The translations under genes were made by a program, and so were the position numbers. A stretch of 64,000 nucleotides of DNA from Candidatus Omnitrophota bacterium (GTDB lineage Bacteria > Omnitrophota > Gorgyraeia > 1-14-0-20-64-10). This document shows positions 28,540 through 37,251 of this stretch, one piece after another. The stretch is from assembly GCA_023248155.1 (NCBI GenBank), contig JAHFFE010000002.1:124824-188823 (forward strand). The letters are read 5' to 3'. How positions within the stretch are numbered: the stretch's first letter is position 1; the number at the start of each line of letters is the position of its first letter. The notes below the pieces were generated by a model, which made no database searches, was not told where the DNA came from, and saw only the letters and a list, made by a program, of their open reading frames with translations.

Positions 28540-28820
28540 CGAGTCGGCTCGGGCATGGGAGCCGTGGACACGCTCGGAATCGACTACCGATTCCGTCGCT
28601 CTGTCTGCGGCCTTGCCGAAGAACAATTCGATTCGGCCTTCGCCAAGGTCCACTGGCCCCATATCCCGAACCGCCTCTTATCACGCAGGCGCTTCGGGTG
28701 ACGCGGGCGGGAGAGGCCTTCGCCGCCACGCGCGCAGCGAAGCGAGCACGGACGGCGGAGAGTGTCCCCGAGCGGCAGGACCCGAAGCGACGGAGATTGA
28801 TGATATCCCGGGCCGACTCG
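28540..28820. repeat. Structured interspersed repeat, copy A (MITE-like or ncRNA)
   Basis: Core 28562-28795 matches 62299-62532 at 229/234 by eye. Terminal inverted repeat CGAGTCGGCTCGGG / CCCGGGCCGACTCG and many internal hairpins. Confidence 0.88.
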
Positions 28821-28858
28821 TTGGTAACAGGATCCAAAGTGGCCGCGAGGGTTCTCGC

Positions 28859-29779
28859 GTGAAGGTGGCGGAGTTGGGCGAGGACCGGCTGATCGCGAAA
28901 ATTTCCCGGCAGCTGCCGGCGGGCGCTTTCGTGAAGCGCGGCGTCGGCGACGATTGCGCGGTGTTTCGCATCGACGCGCGGCGCGACGGACTTTTAGCGT
29001 CGGACATGCTGGTGGAGGGTGTTCATTTTTCTTCGCAGAGTCCGGCTGAGCAGGTGGGCTGGAAACTGCTGGCTGTAAATCTCAGCGATATCGCCGCGAT
29101 GGGCGGAACGCCGCGGGCCGCCGTTGTTTCCATCGGGATTCCGCCTTCGACGCCGGTTGGTTGGGTGGAAAAACTTTATCGCGGATTGGGGCGATGCGCG
29201 CGCGCCTATGGCGTCAGCATTGTCGGCGGAGATACGGTGCGTGCGCCCCAGCGTGTGGCTGACCTTTCAATTTTGGGCGAGGTGCCTGCCGGAAAAGCAA
29301 TTTTGCGGACCGGCGCCAGGCCCGGCGACTGGATTTTGGTAACGGGCCGTCTGGGCGGGTCATTGAAATCGGGACGGCATTTGTCGTTTAAGCCGCGGCT
29401 GAAAGAGGCTGCCGCATTGCTGAAGCATTGCCGGCCGACGGCGATGATGGATCTGTCCGACGGATTATGGATTGATCTGCCGCGGCTTTGCAAGGCCAGC
29501 GGTGTTCGCGCCGAGGTGGAAACCGAATTGGTTCCACGAAACCGGAACTGTTCCACGCTTCAGGCGTTAACGGACGGCGAAGATTTTGAACTGTTATTGA
29601 CGGTTCGCCCCGGACATCTGCGTCCGCTGTTGCGCTGGGCCAAACGTTCGCTGCCGTGCGGCTTGACGCCGATCGGGTTGATGAGTGCCCGCAAGCAGGG
29701 AACGCCGGAAGTGGAATGGTTTGACCGGATGAATCAGAAATTAAAAATGACCCCAAAAGGATTCCAACATTTTTCATGA
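28859..29779 (+). CDS. thiL: Thiamine-monophosphate kinase
   Basis: Start re-assigned to GTG 28859 (VKVAELGEDRLI). GVGDDCAV, DMLVEGVHF, VNLSDIAAMGG, GGDT, MDLSDGL, GEDFELL. Confidence 0.94.
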   Translation: MKVAELGEDRLIAKISRQLPAGAFVKRGVGDDCAVFRIDARRDGLLASDMLVEGVHFSSQSPAEQVGWKLLAVNLSDIAAMGGTPRAAVVSIGIPPSTPVGWVEKLYRGLGRCARAYGVSIVGGDTVRAPQRVADLSILGEVPAGKAILRTGARPGDWILVTGRLGGSLKSGRHLSFKPRLKEAAALLKHCRPTAMMDLSDGLWIDLPRLCKASGVRAEVETELVPRNRNCSTLQALTDGEDFELLLTVRPGHLRPLLRWAKRSLPCGLTPIGLMSARKQGTPEVEWFDRMNQKLKMTPKGFQHFS

Positions 29780-30234
29780 GCGGCATATTGGAAGTGATAA
29801 CCCGTTTTCCGGAAGAAACGCAGGCATTGGCCGAGCGGTTTTCGGCCCAGTTAAAAGGCAACGAAGTGATTGCGCTGGCCGGAGAGATGGGCGCAGGAAA
29901 AACACAGTTTGTGCATGGTCTGGCGCGCGGACTGCAGGTTCCCGACGGATCGGTGGCCAGCCCTTCGTTTGTTCTGATTCGCGAATACCGCGGCCGCTTG
30001 ACGATTCATCATTCCGATCTGTTCCGCCTCGAAGGGCTTCCCGAAACGGTCAATGTGGGTCTGGAAGAATTTTATGAAGACGGCGGCGTGACCGTGATTG
30101 AGTGGGCCAATAAAATTCCGGGCATTTTACCCGAACAGTATCTGGAAATCCGTTTTGAAGTGGTCGATCCCGAAACCCGTAAACTGTTGCTGGTTCCGCA
30201 CGGGAAACGATACGAGGCGCTGCGATGGCAATAA
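29776..30234 (+). CDS. tsaE: tRNA t6A biosynthesis ATPase TsaE
   Basis: GEMGAGKT, SPSFVL, HSDLFRL, IEWA. Confidence 0.94.
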   Translation: MSGILEVITRFPEETQALAERFSAQLKGNEVIALAGEMGAGKTQFVHGLARGLQVPDGSVASPSFVLIREYRGRLTIHHSDLFRLEGLPETVNVGLEEFYEDGGVTVIEWANKIPGILPEQYLEIRFEVVDPETRKLLLVPHGKRYEALRWQ

Positions 30235-30911
30235 ATTTATTGGGCATTGAAACATCGTCGCCTATTTTTTCAGCAGCCGTTACCTCGGGACCCGATCTGC
30301 GCTCTTATTTGCAGGTGGAAGGATTGGGCCGTCCATCGGGGCTGTTGACCGATTTGATCGCGCATGCATTGGAGAAAGCGGAGTTGACACTGGAACGGAT
30401 CGACGCGATTGCGCTGTCGATCGGCCCCGGTTCTTTTACCGGCCTGCGCGTCGGGACAGTGACCGCGAAAACGATGGGCTGGGCTTTAAAGATTCCGGTG
30501 GTTCCGGTTTCATCGCTGGAAGTGGCCGCGCAAAATCTGGCAGGCATTAAGAAAGAACTGCATCTGATGGTTGACGCGCGCCGCGGCAATGTTTATTATG
30601 CCCGTTTTGGTCCGGGACCCGACGGAGTGACGCGGCTGGAGCCCGATCAGCGGCTGAAGCCGGAAGAGGCGCTTCAAAAAATAAATCCCGATTCATTTAT
30701 GATGGGTGACGCGCTTGATAAATACGCCGACTTGATCCGGTCCGCCGGACTGGACCGGTGCGAGCCGGTCCCTCCGTTTGCGTGGGTTCCGCGCGCCGAC
30801 CATCTCTGCCGCATCGCGCAAAGGCGCTGGCCCGAAGGCCAGGTGACCGATTGGCACCGGATCCAACCGAATTATCTCTATTCACAAGAGCTTAATATTG
30901 CCGCAAAATAG
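30225..30911 (+). CDS. tsaB: tRNA t6A biosynthesis protein TsaB
   Basis: LGIETSS, GPGSFTGLRVG, VSSLE, DARRGNVY, QPNYL. Confidence 0.94.
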   Translation: MAINLLGIETSSPIFSAAVTSGPDLRSYLQVEGLGRPSGLLTDLIAHALEKAELTLERIDAIALSIGPGSFTGLRVGTVTAKTMGWALKIPVVPVSSLEVAAQNLAGIKKELHLMVDARRGNVYYARFGPGPDGVTRLEPDQRLKPEEALQKINPDSFMMGDALDKYADLIRSAGLDRCEPVPPFAWVPRADHLCRIAQRRWPEGQVTDWHRIQPNYLYSQELNIAAK

Positions 30912-30915
30912 AACC

Positions 30916-32064
30916 ATGGACAGACCCACCGAAAACCTCACGGGCGCCATGGCGCCTCCGGTCTGGATCGAGACTGATTGTTCGGCGATCGTGCACAATT
31001 TCAAACAGATCCGCCGATGGGTCAGCCCCGGCGTTAAAATTCTGACGGTCGTTAAAGCCAACGCCTATGGGCATGGAATTTTACCGGTTTCCCGCGCATT
31101 GGTTGAGGCCGGCGCCGATCTGCTCGCCGTGGCGAGCGTCGTCGAAGGGGTCACGCTGCGCCAGGCCGGCATTGCCGGAAAAATTCTGGTGCTTGGCCAG
31201 TTGCTGCCCGACGAAGCGCCGCTGGTGGTTCATTATGATTTAACGCAGGCGCTCGGCGATGAACAAAGCGCGCGCGCATTAAGCGCTGCCGCCGTCCGAT
31301 TTCAAAAAACGGTTGCGATCCATCTGAAAATCGATACCGGCATGGGCCGTTACGGTGTCTGGCATGAAGAAGCGATGCCGTTGCTGGAACGGCTGACCGA
31401 TCTTCCGGGATTAAAGCGGGAAGGTGTTTTTACGCACTTCAGCAGTGCCGGCCAGAGCGTGCAGGTTTCCGAGGAACAGATGGCACGATACAACCGGTTG
31501 TTGGAACGAATGGCGCAGCGGCATTACGCGCCGGGACTTCGGCATTTGGCCAACAGCGTGGGGTTGATCCGTTTTCCGGAATCGCACTGGGATCTGGTCC
31601 GCACAGGCCTTCTGCTGTATGGAGCCTCTCCGGTCAAAGAAAATCAGCCGTTTATGCTGGAACCGGCGCTGACGTTAAAAAGCAGGATCCGTTTCATTAA
31701 ACTAATTCAGACCGGACAAACGGTCAGCTACGGAGGCACTTTTAAAGCCGAGAGGCCGACGGCCGTGGCGACGATCCCCGTCGGTTACGCGCATGGGTAT
31801 CCGCGCACACTTTCCAACAAGGCCGAACTGCTGGTGCGCGGCCGGCGCGTTCGGGTGATTGGGAAAATCACCATGGAAGATCTGATGATTGATGTGACGG
31901 AAGTTCCCGAAGCGGCGATTGGTGATGAAGTGGTCTTGATCGGCCGGCAGGGGAATGAACGGATTACCGCCGAAGAACTGGCCATGCATGCGCGCACGAT
32001 CCCGTACGAAATTCTCGTCGGACTTTCAGCGAACATTCCCCGTTTATCGGCAGGCGCCGCGTGA
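30916..32064 (+). CDS. alr: Alanine racemase
   Basis: VVKANAYGHG, HLKIDTGMGRYG, THFS, RTGLLLYG, VSYGG, TIPYE. Exact start uncertain. Confidence 0.95.
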   Translation: MDRPTENLTGAMAPPVWIETDCSAIVHNFKQIRRWVSPGVKILTVVKANAYGHGILPVSRALVEAGADLLAVASVVEGVTLRQAGIAGKILVLGQLLPDEAPLVVHYDLTQALGDEQSARALSAAAVRFQKTVAIHLKIDTGMGRYGVWHEEAMPLLERLTDLPGLKREGVFTHFSSAGQSVQVSEEQMARYNRLLERMAQRHYAPGLRHLANSVGLIRFPESHWDLVRTGLLLYGASPVKENQPFMLEPALTLKSRIRFIKLIQTGQTVSYGGTFKAERPTAVATIPVGYAHGYPRTLSNKAELLVRGRRVRVIGKITMEDLMIDVTEVPEAAIGDEVVLIGRQGNERITAEELAMHARTIPYEILVGLSANIPRLSAGAA

Positions 32065-33527
32065 AAAATTTCTTCCGGGTTGCGGCCGCACTTTTAGCGG
32101 TCCTGTTGATGGTTCCTTCGCTGGCATCGGCGATGGGTTCGTTGAGCCCCAATTTTGAGATATCGGCTCCGCCCGAAGCCCCTGATCTGCGGCCGATCAC
32201 GAAATCAGACCGCCTGTTGATCGTTGCGCCGCATCCCGACGATGAAGCGCTGGGAGCCGGCGGACTTTTGCAAAAGGCACTGGCGGCCGGCGCTGCGGTC
32301 CGTGTGGTTTATCTGACCTGCGGCGATTACAATGAACTGGCGTTTATTTTATTCCGCAAACGGCTGGGGCTTTCACCGGTGGTCAACCGGGAAATGGGAA
32401 AATTGCGCCAGGCTGAGGGTCAGGAAGCGATGACGCACCTGGGGCTTTCATCGGAGGATCTGGTTTTTCTCGGTTATCCTGACAGCGGTTTGATGGATAT
32501 CTGGAACGCGCATTGGGGAACGCAGGAACCGTTCAGGAGTCGTTCGACGCGTACCACCGAGATTCCATACGAACAGGCCGCTTCATTCGGGCATCCGCAT
32601 AAAGGCGAGGAGATCACCGCCGATTTGCAAAAAGAGATCGAACAGTTTCGCCCGACGCGAATTTTGGTGACCGGTCCGTTTGACAGCCATCCCGACCATG
32701 CGGCCGCCTGGCTGTTTACCTGGGCGGCGGTTTTGCAGTCGAAAGTTAACCCGCGCCTGGAACTGTTGGTTTATCCGGTGCATGTGCAGAATTGGCCGTT
32801 TCCGTATGGTCTGCATGCTGACCGCTGGCTTTCGATTCCGCTCCGGTTGCGCGGAGATCAGGCGAGATGGTTTTCGCTGCCGCTCTCGAAGGATGAGATT
32901 CGCCTGAAACGGACGGCGCTCGATTTTTATAAAACGCAGCAGGTGGAAGGAGAACGGTGGATGGCTTCATTCGCGCGCCGCAATGAACTGTTTGCCGACT
33001 ATCCGATGGCCGTGCTGCGGCGCGGGCAGTGGGCGTCGGATCAGCAGCTGTTGTCCGGGTCCGATAAAGAAGCGCTGGCGCTTCCGCAGGATGCCGAGAA
33101 TAAAACGGTCCGTCCGATCTCAAAAATTTCTTATCAGGTGGCCACCGAAGGGTTGTTGGTTCAGATTGTTCCCGACCAGTTGATCGACCTGGAAATCGGG
33201 TTGTATGTCCATATCGCCGGATTCCGCAGCGACAAGCCGTTTCAGGAAATGCCAAAACTGCAATTGCGCTGGCTGATGGGCAACGCGATCCGGCTGGAAA
33301 ACCAGGGGGAAAGTTTTGAGGATCCGTCGGTAACCGTTCAATTTTCCGGAGCGCGCCGTGCCATTTTGATTCCGTGGAAAGTGCTTGGAGATCCGGAATA
33401 TCTTTTTGTCCAGACGGAGGGCCAAATCGGCTGGATGACCACTTCGCGGACCGCCTGGCAGCTGATCCGGCGGGAGGAGATTAATCTGGTGCCGGAATCC
33501 GCGGTATTCAAAAAGGAGTCTTCCTAG
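32061..33527 (+). CDS. Exported PIG-L/LmbE-family deacetylase
   Basis: Signal peptide, APHPDDE, FLGYPD, DSHPDH, and a C-terminal beta domain. Confidence 0.88.
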   Translation: MKNFFRVAAALLAVLLMVPSLASAMGSLSPNFEISAPPEAPDLRPITKSDRLLIVAPHPDDEALGAGGLLQKALAAGAAVRVVYLTCGDYNELAFILFRKRLGLSPVVNREMGKLRQAEGQEAMTHLGLSSEDLVFLGYPDSGLMDIWNAHWGTQEPFRSRSTRTTEIPYEQAASFGHPHKGEEITADLQKEIEQFRPTRILVTGPFDSHPDHAAAWLFTWAAVLQSKVNPRLELLVYPVHVQNWPFPYGLHADRWLSIPLRLRGDQARWFSLPLSKDEIRLKRTALDFYKTQQVEGERWMASFARRNELFADYPMAVLRRGQWASDQQLLSGSDKEALALPQDAENKTVRPISKISYQVATEGLLVQIVPDQLIDLEIGLYVHIAGFRSDKPFQEMPKLQLRWLMGNAIRLENQGESFEDPSVTVQFSGARRAILIPWKVLGDPEYLFVQTEGQIGWMTTSRTAWQLIRREEINLVPESAVFKKESS

Positions 33528-34264
33528 TGGCCGATTCAGCGCTGGTTCTGTTGCATCCATTTCCGTTGTCTTCCTCGTATTGGTCGGCGGAAAAAGAAGC
33601 GCTCGGCAAACGGTTTTCCGTCGTAGTGCCCGATCTTCCGGGATTTGGTTCGGCGCCGGTGCAGACCGACCCATCGATTGCCGGCATGGCCGCCGAGGTC
33701 GCTTCGCGGCTCGACAAGCAGGGGATCTCGGGACCGGTCATCGTGGCCGGCGTTTCAATGGGCGGTTATGTTGCGTTTGAATTTTTACGGCAGTTTCCGC
33801 AGCGCGTGGCCGGGTTGGCGCTTATTTCCACGCGCGCGTCGGCCGACACGCAGGAAGCGCGCGACAGCCGCCTTAAAACCATTGAAAAGATTGAAGCGGG
33901 TGACCGGGCCACATTCGAAAAAGCGGTGCTTCCAAAATTACTGGGTCAGACAACGATGGGAACCAATCCCGCGCTGGTTACGCGCGTGAAAGCCGAGTTG
34001 GAAAAAGCGCCCGCCGCCGGCATTATTGCCGCGCTGCGCGCGATGGCAGGCCGCGTTGACTCCACGCCGTTATTGGCGAAGATCCGTTGTCCGGTGCTGG
34101 TGATGGCCGGCACTGAAGATTCTTTTATTCCATCCGCGGAAGCGGAGGCAATGGCTGCCATTATTCCGTCGGCCCAGCTGGAACTGGTTGCCAGGGCAGG
34201 GCATCTGCTCAATTTGGAGCAGCCCGATCTGTTTCTTGAAATTTTCAACTCCTGGATTCGGTAA
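33527..34264 (+). CDS. Alpha/beta-fold hydrolase
   Basis: LHPFP, PDLPGFG, GVSMGG nucleophile elbow, GTED, AGHL. Confidence 0.9.
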   Translation: MADSALVLLHPFPLSSSYWSAEKEALGKRFSVVVPDLPGFGSAPVQTDPSIAGMAAEVASRLDKQGISGPVIVAGVSMGGYVAFEFLRQFPQRVAGLALISTRASADTQEARDSRLKTIEKIEAGDRATFEKAVLPKLLGQTTMGTNPALVTRVKAELEKAPAAGIIAALRAMAGRVDSTPLLAKIRCPVLVMAGTEDSFIPSAEAEAMAAIIPSAQLELVARAGHLLNLEQPDLFLEIFNSWIR

Positions 34265-34277
34265 TCGGGGCTGTTAC

Positions 34278-34332
34278 AGAAGTATAAAGAAGTATAAAGC
34301 CCGTTGACAACGGGTGAATGATCCCCTAATAT
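34278..34332 (+). promoter_or_regulatory. Sigma70 promoter of the HTH-ilvD operon with tandem direct repeats and a palindrome over -35
   Basis: AGAAGTATAA x2 (34278-34297). Perfect palindrome CCCGTTGACAACGGG (34300-34314). TTGACA(34304)-N17-TAATAT(34327). Confidence 0.72.
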
Positions 34333-34351
34333 AGGAAGCGTGGTCTTAAAT

Positions 34352-34404
34352 GAGGCCAGGCGTCTTTTCCCGCAATGGAAAGGGTGCCTGGCTTCCTTAT
34401 TCTT
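34352..34404 (+). terminator. Leader hairpin followed by a U-rich tract (attenuator-like)
   Basis: GCCAGGCGTCTTTTCC-cgcaat-GGAAAGGGTGCCTGGC followed by TTCCTTATTCTT, lying between the promoter and the first start codon. Confidence 0.5.
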
Positions 34405-34428
34405 ATACTGAAAATTCAAGGAGTTCTG

Positions 34429-34635
34429 ATGAATCAGAATGATGTAATGACGGTTTCGGAAGTAGCCGATTATTTGCGGTTGAATCCGCAGACGGTTTAC
34501 CGCAAGGCGAAGGCCGGCGAATTACCGGCTTTGCGAATCGGGCGGGCGATCCGGTTTCATCGAGCCGAGCTGGAACAATGGCTTCGTTCCTCGATGACGG
34601 TGACCTCCTCTTCAGCGGCCGTAACCTATTTATGA
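34429..34635 (+). CDS. Small excisionase/BldC-like HTH (HTH_17) DNA-binding protein
   Basis: [59 protein letters not shown] overlap with ilvD. Confidence 0.88.
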   Translation: MNQNDVMTVSEVADYLRLNPQTVYRKAKAGELPALRIGRAIRFHRAELEQWLRSSMTVTSSSAAVTYL

Positions 34636-36290
34636 AACTCAGAAGCGACGCTTTAAATAAAGGGTACGCGCGCGCGCCGGCCAGGGCGATGCTGCGCGCC
34701 GTCGGGTTTACCGACGCCGATTTCCGCAAGCCGATGATTGCCGTGGCGAACACCTGGACCGAGGTGATGCCGTGCAACATTCATTTGCGGCGGATCGCCG
34801 AGAAGATCAAGGCCGGCATCCGCGCCGGCGGCGGCGTGCCGGTGGAATGCAACACCATCTCCGTTTCCGACGGTATTTCGATGGGAACGGAAGGAATGAA
34901 ATGCTCTTTGATCAGCCGCGATCTGGTGGCCGATTCGGTGGAATTGTTCGTGCGCGGGCATTTATTTGACGGCGTTGTCGGTATCTCCGGATGCGATAAA
35001 ACGATTCCGGGAATGGCGATGGCGCTGGCACGGCTGAATCTGCCGGGGCTGGTGGTTTACGGCGGTTCAATCGCGCCGGGCCGTTTTCAGGGAAAAGATG
35101 TGACGATCCAGGATGTTTTTGAAGGGGTCGGCGCCTGTTCCTCCGGGAAAATCACCGAAGCGCAGTTGACCGAACTTGAAAAGAAGGCCTGTCCCGGGGC
35201 GGGCGCCTGCGGCGGACAATTTACCGCCAATACGATGTCGACGGCGATGGAATTGATTGGGATTTCGCCGATGGGCGTGAACAGTATTCCGGCGATGGAT
35301 CCCGACAAGGACAAAGCGGCATTTGAAGCCGGCAAATTGGCCGTGGAACTGGTATTTAAGAACCGCACGCCGCGACAAATCATGACGAAGCAGGCCTTTG
35401 AGAATGCGATTGCCGGCGTTGTGGCGACCGGCGGATCGACGAACGGCGTTTTGCATTTGCTGGCGCTCGCGCGCGAGGCCGGCGTGAAATTATCAATTGA
35501 AGATTTTGATGTTGTCAGCCGGCGTACGCCGATCTGGGCCGATATGAAACCATGGGGCCGATTCACGGCGCCCGATATGCATCGCGCCGGCGGGATTCGC
35601 CTGGTGGCGAAGCGGCTGCTCGACGCGAAACTACTGCACGCTAACGCGTTGACGGTGACCGGCAAGACGATCGGCGCCGAGGCGCGCACAGCGAAAGAAA
35701 CGCGCGGGCAAAAAGTGGTTCGTCCGGTGAATCAGCCGGTCAAGCCGACCGGCGGACTGGTGATTCTCAAAGGATCTTTATCTCCGGAAGGATGCGTTTT
35801 GAAAGTGGCCGGACAGACGGCGCTGCGGGTCAGCGGACCGGCGCGCGTTTTTGACAGCGAAGAACAGGCGTTCGCCGCGGTCAAGGGGCGCCGGATCAAG
35901 AAGGGTGATGTCGTCGTGATTCGCTACGAAGGACCGCGCGGCGGACCCGGAATGCGCGAGATGCTGGCCGTGACGGCGGCGCTCGTCGGGGAAGGGCTCG
36001 GCGATTCGGTCGCGTTGTTGACCGACGGACGGTTCTCGGGCGCCACGCACGGGTTCATGGCCGGCCATGTGGCGCCGGAAGCGGCTGTCGGCGGACCGAT
36101 CGCGGCGGTGCGTAACGGAGACCTGATCACGTTTGATGTGAAGAACCGGAAATTGAATTTGGAAATTTCAAAAGCGGAATTAAAAGCGCGGCTCAAACGG
36201 TGGAAAGCGCCGAAGCCGAAATATACCAGCGGCGTGATCGGGCGCTACGCGAAAATGGTCGGTTCGGCCAGTCAGGGAGCGGCACTGTGA
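34632..36290 (+). CDS. ilvD: Dihydroxy-acid dehydratase
   Basis: [56 protein letters not shown]. Confidence 0.97.
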   Translation: MKLRSDALNKGYARAPARAMLRAVGFTDADFRKPMIAVANTWTEVMPCNIHLRRIAEKIKAGIRAGGGVPVECNTISVSDGISMGTEGMKCSLISRDLVADSVELFVRGHLFDGVVGISGCDKTIPGMAMALARLNLPGLVVYGGSIAPGRFQGKDVTIQDVFEGVGACSSGKITEAQLTELEKKACPGAGACGGQFTANTMSTAMELIGISPMGVNSIPAMDPDKDKAAFEAGKLAVELVFKNRTPRQIMTKQAFENAIAGVVATGGSTNGVLHLLALAREAGVKLSIEDFDVVSRRTPIWADMKPWGRFTAPDMHRAGGIRLVAKRLLDAKLLHANALTVTGKTIGAEARTAKETRGQKVVRPVNQPVKPTGGLVILKGSLSPEGCVLKVAGQTALRVSGPARVFDSEEQAFAAVKGRRIKKGDVVVIRYEGPRGGPGMREMLAVTAALVGEGLGDSVALLTDGRFSGATHGFMAGHVAPEAAVGGPIAAVRNGDLITFDVKNRKLNLEISKAELKARLKRWKAPKPKYTSGVIGRYAKMVGSASQGAAL

Positions 36291-36871
36291 AATCATTGAT
36301 GAAAGCCGGACTGATGTTGGCGATGGCGCTGGGGTTGATGGCCGCTGCGCCGGTCGAGCAGAAGAAATCATTTGATGAATTAGCGAAAGAATCGCATCAG
36401 ATTTTACTGGTGCAGCGGGACATGCCGTTTCAGGATCCGGCTGATCCGTTGAATTACAAAATGAAGATCGTCGCGGTGCTTTATTCGGACGGGTTTTCCG
36501 AGTTTCATCCGGGTGAAAAGATTGAGGCGCGCGAAGCCGGTTATTTTAATCGGCCGAAGCTGCCGCCGATACCGATTCCGGATTATAACGAGGAGACCGG
36601 CGAGCCGCTCGAAAAACCGACAGCAGCGCCGGTCACTCCGGCACCGGTCGAACCGGCCAAAACCGACGAGGCGTGGGCGCCCCGATATGTCGGGTTCGAC
36701 GGGTCAACGCATAAGACGCCTGATTTATTGGCGCTGCGTGACCGGAAATTTATTGTCTTTGTGTTAAGTCAGGGATATCCCGACGGCTCCTCCCATTGGG
36801 AGTTTACGGCCGAGGGAGCGTACGAGCCGCTTTCACAGTTGGAAGCGGTAAGAGCTCGTCTCGAAACCTAG
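36287..36871 (+). CDS. Hypothetical exported protein
   Basis: GTGA overlap with the ilvD stop, signal peptide [17 protein letters not shown], Pro-rich linker. The last codons come from the adjacent inverted repeat. Confidence 0.7.
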   Translation: MKSLMKAGLMLAMALGLMAAAPVEQKKSFDELAKESHQILLVQRDMPFQDPADPLNYKMKIVAVLYSDGFSEFHPGEKIEAREAGYFNRPKLPPIPIPDYNEETGEPLEKPTAAPVTPAPVEPAKTDEAWAPRYVGFDGSTHKTPDLLALRDRKFIVFVLSQGYPDGSSHWEFTAEGAYEPLSQLEAVRARLET

Positions 36872-37128
36872 CGCGGCCGCGCTGGATGAAGTTACCAGCC
36901 GTGCAAGGCGAGAGGAGGAGGCATAGCCACATAGGCGCTATTCCGACGACGAGCAACGTCGCACGGCGAAGTAAATTCGGCCAGCCCTTTGGGTTTCGGT
37001 GGCAGGCCGCCGTCTCCGTCGGCGCTCTTCCTTGACGTATTACTGTGAATACGCCGTCGTCATCGCTTCTTGGATACGACGGCCTGGCACTCGAAACGCG
37101 GCTAGCGCTAGGTTTCGAGACGAGCTCT
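36851..37128. mobile_element. MITE-like palindromic element (278 bp) with perfect 24-bp terminal inverted repeats
   Basis: AGAGCTCGTCTCGAAACCTAGCGC (36851-36874) and GCGCTAGGTTTCGAGACGAGCTCT (37105-37128). Two internal hairpin arms. No transposase encoded. Confidence 0.78.
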
Positions 37129-37135
37129 ATAACAA

Positions 37136-37237
37136 AAACTGGACAGTCACACGGCACCAACACTCTGAACGACGGGTGTCCGGTCCAAGCGGCCGGGCAT
37201 TGGTTTTCGGGGAATGGCTGTGGACGGCTGACGGTTT
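37136..37237 (+). promoter_or_regulatory. Long irregular RNA hairpin immediately upstream of the ilvB SD
   Basis: Nested pairings AAACTG/CGGTTT, CAGTC/GGCTG, CACGGC/GCTGTG, CTCTGAA/TTCGGGG, GGTGTCCGGTC/GGCCGGGCATT (loop CAAGC). Many G-U pairs on the + strand. Confidence 0.5.
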
Positions 37238-37251
37238 AAGGAGATAAAAGA

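Noticed and set aside
28540-28820. TPP riboswitch or RNase P RNA upstream of thiL
   Set aside because: Lacks the TPP core (CTGAGA...CCTGA) and the RNase P GAGGAAAGTCC. A near-identical copy lies between unrelated convergent genes.
28355-28858. 168-aa N-terminal extension of ThiL, and small ORFs 28524-28862, 62269-62544 and 62435-62818
   Set aside because: Open frames running through the GC-rich repeat. ThiL similarity starts at GTG 28859.
37136-37237. SRP (4.5S) RNA
   Set aside because: Similar size and shape, but the apical CAGG...GGAA...AGCAG motif is missing on both strands.
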